Of a DNA stretch of 43,077 bases, positions 10,184 through 19,100 are shown one piece after another. A program made the position numbers and the translations under genes. The notes beneath the pieces were generated by a model that did no database searches, was not told where the DNA came from, and worked only from the letters and a program-made list of their open reading frames with translations. Every line of letters starts with the position of its first letter. Position 1 is the stretch's first letter. Origin of the DNA: Klebsormidium nitens (taxonomy: Eukaryota; Plantae; Klebsormidiophyceae); assembly GCA_000708835.1 (NCBI GenBank), contig DF237643.1, forward strand, positions 1 to 43,077. Reading direction: 5' to 3'.

Positions 10184-13100
10184 TCACGCCGTCACGCCAA
10201 ACTCCGCCAGCTCCGCCTTGACCCGGGCGTGGTAAGTCTCGTCCGGGTACCCGTGCTGTGCCGCGCCGCCGTACGGGTGTGTCTTGTGGTGAATCCCCGA
10301 CCAAACAACCTGGTTAAAAAGAACCGGGGTTTGTCAAACCCGATTGCATTTACGTTTGTTGCTTTCAACAATTATGATTCTTGATTTTTTAGTAGGTACC
10401 CGTGCTGTGCTGCGCCCATACGGGTGGGTCTTGTGGTGAATCCCCGACCACACAACCTGGTTAAGGTAATCTAAGGTTTGTTAGACCCGTTTGCTTTTAC
10501 CGAGTTTGTTCTGAACAATTATGATGTGTAAGTTCATTGGCGGGTACTTGTGCTGCGCCGCGCCTTCGTACGGGTGCGTCTTGTGACGACATTCCGACCA
10601 CACAACCTAGTTAAGGATACTGAGGTTTGTCAGACCCCTTTGCTTTCACTGTTTTTGGTTTCAATAAGAGAAATTCAGGATTTGTCGGCGGTTTATTGTG
10701 TTGTGCCGCGCTTCCGTATCGGCTAGTCTTGTGATCAACTTCTATGTCTGAATCACGGAAGAAGAATGTCAATCCAATTTCGGGTGAACTTGTTGTGACG
10801 CTGACCTCCCAGTTCCGACCGTTCGTCTGTGATCGCCCCACTGTGAAGAAATGCTCTCCGCTTGGTGGCTGTCTGCAGGATCCTGATTCCCCGCACGGAA
10901 ATAAATCCCACTTTGCTGAAGGTTCCGACGACGTGAGTTCTCAAAGTGTTGTACAGTTGAGCAACGCTGACCTGGTTATTCCGCCCGTTTGTTTGTGACC
11001 GGCTCCCTTCGCTTGAAGGCCATCTGCAGGATCCCGCTTCGACAAACAAAGATTCGACTTTCTTCCCTGGCAGTTGCCTGGGAAGAACCTCACAAACCTT
11101 ACAAAGCTCCAAATTCAAGTGGCCCTGACCTGGTTATCCCGCCCGGTTGTCTGTCAGCGCCCGATGTGAACGTGACGCTTGAAGGCCGTCCGCAGGAGTC
11201 CCGGTTCCGCGCACACCAGTCAAAGTAAGTTTACGGAAAGTTGCAGAACTCAACTCTTTTTGATATTTATAATCTAAGCAAGGCTGACCTGGTTATCCAG
11301 GCCACCTATGTGTGACCGGCTCCCTGTGAGAAGATGTCTTCGCTTGAAGGCCGTCTGCAGGATTCCCGCTCTAACATACAATGTTTCAATCTCTCTCCAC
11401 TGACAGCCGGGAACTTTCGACCTTACAAAGCTCCGAGTCCAAGCGACGCTGACCTGGTTATCCCGCCGTCTGTCTTTGACCGGCCCGCAGTAAACGTGAG
11501 CCGCCGCTTGAAGGTGGTACGCGAAAGTGTTCGTTCCGCGCACAACTTTCAAATCCGTTTTTGCTGGAAATTTCAGGGGTGTCCTAATTTTGAGCAACGC
11601 TGACCTGGTTATCCGCCCGGTTGTCTGTGACCGCCTGACTGTGAACGCGAGTCGCCGCTTGAAGGCGGTCCGCAGTAAGTCCCCGTTCCGCGCAAAAAAT
11701 CTCAATTCTTTTTTCCTGAAAGTTTCAAGGGTGTCCCAATCTCAAGCATGCTAACCTGGTTATCGCGCCCGGTTGTCTGTGAGCGCCCGACGGTGAACGT
11801 GAGTCGCCGCTTGAAGGCGGTCCGGAGGAGGGCCAAAACTTCCCGCCCCTGGGCGTCGTCTACCAGGTACGCCACCCGGTTGGTACCGGAGTAGTGGGTG
11901 CCCGGGTTGGGGTGGTTGGGGCCCTGGAAAGAAAAGGGAATGCTCTCAACTCAGGAACAGACTATGCTCACAGCTCTTGATTAAAGAAGTGGGTTTGCGG
12001 TGTTTGGGGCTCTAGTCAAATCTAATCCTGCTGGGTAAAGGATTTGCGAAGGGTGACGGAAGCTTTAGCGGTACTATCTTCTACCAGGTACGCCTCCCGG
12101 TTGGTACCGAGGAATGGGTACCCGGGTTGGGGTGCTTGGGGCCCTGGGAACATGGGTTTTCCATGTAACTAGAAGGGGGACTCAAAGGTCTGGATTTGAA
12201 ATTAGTTTTCAAGGAGGTTTCGATCAAGGGTTAAGACATCCTCAGCTCTTGAAGCAGGACTGGACCTTTAGAGGTTGGAGCTCTTGGAACAAAAATGCGT
12301 CTGGATTCCGGCTGGATGACACTGAAAGTTCGGCGGCAAAAGAGACCCTTTGAGCTGGTTCGGGCAGAAATCATGAAGCGCCAGTAGCATTTGGAGGTTA
12401 GGCTGCTCACAGATGAGGGTAGAGTTAATCTGGGCTTTGGGACGAGGATTTTGCCCCGGAGCCCCAGTTTTAAAGACGGGTGGTTGCAAAGAAGCTGAGA
12501 GTTGCGAGATTGATTACCTGGACCCCATGCGGGAAGCTGTAGTTGATCACTATGACGCCACTGCCCTCGTGGCCTTCCAGCGCCACGCACGCGTGCTTCG
12601 CCTGCGGTGCGTTATGCAGCCGTTAAAGGGGGCGCTGGATGCCGCAGATTGCGCACTCGATGACTATGTGTACTTTTCTCATGGAGTATTTCAAAAATTC
12701 GCGAAAATCGGCCCCTCAAATCCGCAGGTCGCCCAAGTGGTGGACAAATGGGTCCTACGCCCAATGTGCAGCACTGCTCGGTGAGCGGCAGTGAGACATA
12801 AGAGTCATAAGGTCCTCTAGTATTACGACTCGAATGTGTTCAAGGGCGCAGAAAAAGGCGAGGCTTGACATTCAAACGCATTCCGGACGATGCGAGACTG
12901 GATAAGGGCGGAGCTTCAATGATGACTACTGACACTGTTGCAGACTTGCAGAAAGCGCAGATGCTCATAACCGTCTCGTCAACCTTCTGGTTTGGACGCA
13001 AGTTTTGAACGCAAGTACTGCCCACCTGCTCGTAAGTGTACGTTTTTACGGTCAAGGTTCCGTTCTCCGGCTGGTTCCCCGTCCGAACGCCGTACGCCCG

Positions 13101-16100
13101 CATGCACGTCGGACACTTGGGCTTCTGCGCGAAGCACTTCTTGATGCACTCCAGGTGGTACTCGTGCCTGCGAAGAAGGGTTGAATCTTTCAGAGCCACT
13201 GAAGGCCAGACTTTCGGTATCTTCTGCATCCGTCAAGGTTCAGTGCTTGACGTACTTGCATTTTGCGAAGCACTTCTTGATGCACTCTAGGTGGTTCTCG
13301 TGCCTACGGACAATACACAGAATAAAGCGTCCGAAATGGCATCAAAAGTTTCAGGGTCAAAATTGTCCACGTCCATATGCGTGTCGCAGACTTAGGCGGT
13401 TGCTCTCGAAGCACTCCTTGATGCAATCCAGGTTTTACTCGTGCCTGCGGACCAGGTTCGCATCCGGCGCAAAATCTATCCGTGAATTTTGGACCAGACG
13501 TCCAATGCACGCCGGACGCTTGAGCTTCGGACAAAACAGTACCCAAGCAGGTAGAGCACTACGAATCAAACCACGGGGGCCTTCCTGTGGATAGGCTAGA
13601 TTTGGTCACAGATAGTTCCGAACCGTCCGCAAGAACGAACGTCCACAAACCTGCGCAACAATTAAAAGGCACCTAAATGTGCAAGACAACTCACTTGCAC
13701 AGCATGAGCCGCACGGCCGGCTTATCCCGCAGCGATTCGTAGCACACGACGCAGTCTTCATCGTCCGGGTTCTTGATTGTCCGGAGAAGTGATGGGTGTA
13801 CGGAGCCGTCCATTGGGAAATCGACGGCCGAGAGCGGGGCCTCGTCTTCATCTTCGGGCTCCTTGGCAGAGGAGGTACTTGGGCTAGATGGACCTGCAGG
13901 AATAGTGGGTGCTGGTTTACGATGCGAGCAGATGCATCTGGCCGCAGAAGAGGTCAGCTCATAAAGAAAGTACAGCTCGCTCCGAAAGGTTTGGGTGTTA
14001 TGAAGTTCTACCGTCAACAAAACCCACCGGAATCTGAGCTTCGTTTTTCTCAGAGACCAGCGTCTCGTGTCAATCAAAGAAAGCATGACCACACAAGTTT
14101 CGACCTGGCAAGCGGAAATGCATCGGCATCTGGTCCGGATCACTTGAAAAATCTCCGAATCACGGCATTTTCAACGTGTACGGACTGTGTAGCACCTGGA
14201 ACAAAACGCGACAGTTCCAGACACCTAGTTTCGAGAAGCTACACCCTAACCAGACGCAAGGATCGGACTCCACAATTAACTGCGGAGAAAAGAGCATAAA
14301 AATGGTGTGGGTAAAGTATCTACATCTGAGCGTGCCATACCGGCTGGCGGCGCGTTTGCAGACGTCCCCGGCACTTGAGCGCCCGGCGCGAGGCCCGCGA
14401 GCCTAGCAGACCTCCGGAGTACCATCCCCGCGATGTTGGACAGGAACCCGCCTGCCGGAGGGGTCGGCGCCGGGGCGGAAGGAGGGGGGGAAAGCGTGGT
14501 AGTCACCTTGCGCACGGGCTGCTGCTTGCCGTTAATGGTCTGCAGAGGAAAGGGGACCGGAAAAGTGTCGGCATAAAGCGGGCCTTGAAGATGGCCTGAC
14601 GTCAGCCGCTTACGCCGACGACGTCAAGGTTTAAATGCTCATCATCCGGGACGGCGATTTTGTGAGGGGTCTTGGCACGGTTCGATTGGGGTTATCCATG
14701 CATGGTCTACGCCCACTTTAACTTCAGACAGAGATACAAAAATGGTTGGTCAAACAAAACAAAGTCCCGTTTTGAATGGGGGGGTGGCCATGCTGTAGGG
14801 AAATATTGACGCTGCACATGCGAAGACACATCGGGCCTCTGCAAGACTATAGCTCAAAACCCTGTCCAGAGGCGTCATGTACAAAAACAGTCCTTGGTGT
14901 TACCAAATCTCAAGCAGCAAACGACAGACCGGCTTTCAAAAGATCGTTGTCAACAACAAGCTGGAATTGACACATCAATCGGCTCTCCCTTTGCTCTGCA
15001 TGCACCGCCAATTAGGATCGACAGGTCGGATTTCTATCAAAAAGAATTATAAAGAACACATTGTTTCCGTCTTCTACACATTTTAATCTCTCAGAAGAAA
15101 ACCCTGTCTGAAAGAGGGTGAGTCCGGTTGGTGGCTCCAATCACTTGTCCCGGCTACTCTTGAGGCCAGCCGTGCCTCAAAGCATAGCCTATCACGGCCA
15201 GAAGGTGGGACTTCAAACTGCGATGCGATAAGAAAAAAAAAAGAAAACAGATTGAAATAAAACAAAACACAACGAGCAAAAACAAAACCTTGCTATTTGA
15301 GAAAGTTGCTCAAGCAGACAGACGCCGTAGCGCTCCGTCCCAGCTTCTTCCCGCTTTTGATCGCGTCAAAAGTACTGCCAACGAGCAGACGGAGATGCTT
15401 TCGATCTATGGGAGCATAGAAAAGGGATTTCAAGACTTAAGCCGGGCAAGGAAAGACAAAACGACCGCGAAGAGCTCGCGCGCGCGCAATCAGACCGTCG
15501 CGAGAACGTGAATCAGACGGCGTATCCAGACTTTAGATACATGTTAGATTCTGAATAAGCGCTCCTCCTCAGAAGGGGGCATCCTCGCGTTTCACAGACT
15601 ACAAGAAGCGTGATCCGGCAGCAGCTAGAGACCCTAGTCCTTTCAGCGTCAGAGCATGTTGATCCGGAAGGCCGTGTGAGAGTGTGTGGTTTTGCCACCC
15701 TCCCAACGAATTATGGTTCACTGCTGAGCTGTGGCAACTGCTTCCGTAGACCTCTAGCGGGAAACCAATGAGACTCAAGTGACCATATCAAGCTGCTAAA
15801 CGAGATTGCATCCTCATTCTATAGTTAAGAAAACCTGCCATGAAAGCATGATCCAAAGGATCAACCAACCGACAACAGAGTTCAAAGGACAAAACACTCC
15901 CGGTGTAAGGCCGAACAAGGGAAATTTAATCCTTCTCAAAGCTTGCTCGTTGAGAATAGCAGGGGCGAGTCGCTCAACAATCCCGCGTCAACGAAAGAGT
16001 AAAGTACGCGCAGAGCTTGCGGAAAGAGGGGGCCTCTTGGCGTCAGAGCGATAGCGCCAACACTTGGAATTCAATGCTTCCAGCTTCCTAGCGGAATGCT

Positions 16101-19100
16101 CGTCATGGCCAAAGGTGAGCCCAATCCCAACCGCGGAATAGATAGACTGGCCCTCGAACAATATAGGCTCATCGGGAACGCAGCTCCTTAGTCGCAGAGG
16201 CAGATGCCCCAAGTGGTTTTTCACCTTTGAAGCAAAACCGTGCATTGAGTTTGCATTCCGTTTCTCGACAGTGGAATGGGATCGAGCGAATTGAGCTTTT
16301 GTCTATCGTCGGATTTGTTGAGATGCAACACGCTTGTCGTCTGCTGTCGACATCTACCGTGCAAGTCGAGAAAGCGATGTTTGCGGAGTTCCTCACTAGA
16401 TACTTTCCTGTTTCGACGTCAGAGAAATACGAAAGGGAGCCTGAGATTACGTGGCTTTACCAACCTCCCAGCAAGTTGCTCTTCACGGCCAAGACGTGAC
16501 GCTTGAGGCTCTCAACATATCGCCCGGCTCTCGACGAGTTGCCATAAAGACAAAGTAAACCGTACTGCAGATTGCAGCTAAACTGTCCACGATTGTAATC
16601 TGTAGGCACCAGTGGTTTACAGACCCAAGCAAGAACCATCGATCTCACATTTCTGCCCAGATGCGTGGCGCGGGCGGAAAGTCCACCCGCGCTTCGGGAA
16701 TTGGTGAAGCCAGACCGCCCGAGGTTTTAGAACACCGCGCTGACCCGATATCCTGTGCGTACACAGATCCGATGCACTCCGCTAAGAAAGTGCTTGACAG
16801 CAGCTGCCAACACTGCGTCACCTCCATCATCCAGCTCCTTTCACGCAAAAAAGAAAAAGGAGGGAACGGAAACGGACGAGGATTGATAGACTGAAAAGGC
16901 ACTGTAAAAGCGGAGTTACAAAAGCATGTCGAATAACCTGGGAGAAACAACGGTTCAACCAAGGGAACGCGCACTCTAGGCATGCCACTTCAGCAAAGAT
17001 AAACAGGTACTGCAGATGAAAGTTGTTGGTATAGTCCTTATGCTAAGGGGAGACGATTCATTTGCGGAGACCTGAGCACTCACAATGCCGCCAAGACGAG
17101 AATCTTTCCAGGTACTGCAGAAATCACTGCCGCTCGAGGACCAATTGCGCGTACCTCAGCAAAGGTACGAGGGGTGTGAAGACTCTTATTTGGAAAGAAG
17201 ACCTGCTTCAACAAATGCACCGTGGTTGAGGGCGGCGAAGGGGCATCGACAGCCTTGCATAGAAATTTGACAGATTTAAGGGCTTCAGTGCAAGCTTCAC
17301 CTCTGGACTAAGCATTCGCTGGAAAATTCAGCCACCCAGGCAACCAGCATCACTGCCCCCGAAGGAACCATCCGTCCGAACACGGGTCGAATAGATTATA
17401 GCTTCTTGAACATGCAAAGTTTCAGAGGTATGCAAGACGATTGAACTCCTGCTACTCGCAAGTAAAGTACATCACAGGCCGTCACTGTCAAGTTGGAGCC
17501 CTCCTCCCCTGACTAGGACAACGGGACGGGAAGAGCAACCGGAGGATTTTCTCCTTCTTGAAGTACATCATTATGTTCCAGATACTCAAAAGTCACAATA
17601 TAAAAAGCAGACGCTCGAACTCTTCTGACGTCATTGATGAAAGTGCTGCTCGACGTGCTTGTCATAAGCGTTGGCTCCGAGCCGGGACTCGTTCAATCCC
17701 TGAACAGATCTTTGGTACTTTCTTGTCCCAAATGGACGCTCGTCATAGCCAAACACCATGACCAAATGCACAACTGGCCCTGCTTTTGTGTTTGCCAGGC
17801 ATGCTCAAAGTCTGAAGACACATCTTTCAGGTGCAAACGCTTAATAAACCTCGGAATTCAAATCTTGTCCTTTGAAAGCTGCTTGGACTCTACCAGTTAA
17901 AACGGGTTTGCAGATATGGGGCAAGATTGCCGCTCCTAAGCCCCTCTTGCAAGGGGCGTCCTGGCAACACATCAGCTACTGATACACCCCCTATTTCTTG
18001 ATAATCACTATCTAAGACACGAGACTGGTTGTTCAAACAGATATTCGGAGGACGCTATGTGGAAAGACACGGTCATGAAGATCCGACGTTCTCAAAAAGA
18101 GTTATATTCCTGGGAACGGGCTCGAGCAGGATTTGCTTCTGGCATTCAAAAAAGGTGACATACGGAGCGACTGTCTGCCAAGCCCTTATGCTTTTTGGTC
18201 GCGTATGACTGTCTGAATTGCACATTCAGGCGTTTTGTCAGAAGCTCCCAAGTCAGTTGCTTCAGCAACACACGTGGAAATTGGAAGGATAGCCTTGTTA
18301 CATTCCTTAGGACAAGCAGAAGTGCAAACGCTTCGAACGACAATGAGAGGCGGGACGCCCTTTCCAAGCGAGGCAGAACCGACATACAGACCCCCTGAGA
18401 ATGCTGGCAAGTTTCAACAGATGAGTCTTCTCACCTGCCAGGCATCGACCCGAAACTCGATCCAACGGTCCTGCCCATGGAATTAACGCGCTCCGGGCAC
18501 AAAATGGATGGCAAAACCAACTGCCTTTGAAAAACTAGTAAGAATCCCCCTGACATGTTCAACCAGAGCAAATCTTACCACCTGCCACCCGTCGACCCCA
18601 AACTCAACTCAGAAGTCCTCCCTACAAAACAAAGATGCTCCTGGCACAACCAAATCCCGTATGAAAACTTCTGGGACATCCCCCTGACATGTTGACTTAA
18701 AGCGAAACTCCCACCTGCCACGCGTCGACCCCAAACTCGATCCGGAAGTCCTGCCCGTACAGCGTCGTGAAGTCGCACTCCGCCTCGCCCGCTTCCCGGG
18801 CCGCCTCCACCCGGACGCTGATCTCCGGCGGGTATGCCTCCCAATTGTTGCCGTCGAACCACTCCCACTGGACGGCGGCTTGGCCGGGGTTTGAACCAAT
18901 GGGGTTGACTATGCGTCGGGCGTTGCGGCGGTACCCCGTGATTGGATTCACCTGTGCAAGAGAGAACGAAAGTTTGGCACAATCGGTTGTCTGAATGGAT
19001 GTTCCAAGTTCAAGGCAGTTCGAGTTCTGCAACACATCTACACAACGGGAAAAAAACTAAAGACAACGACAACGACAGTCTTTTGAAAGGAAATACATCT

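Noticed and set aside
10247-11830. Regularly spaced repeats superficially like a CRISPR array
   Set aside because: The units are degenerate copies of the flanking exons and introns, with no constant repeat, no unique spacers and no cas genes; the context is eukaryotic.
14597-14604. TGACGTCA as an internal promoter for a WWE-less isoform (also at 42714-42721)
   Set aside because: Both copies lie shortly upstream of minus-strand acceptors and contain CTGAC, so branch points explain them more simply.
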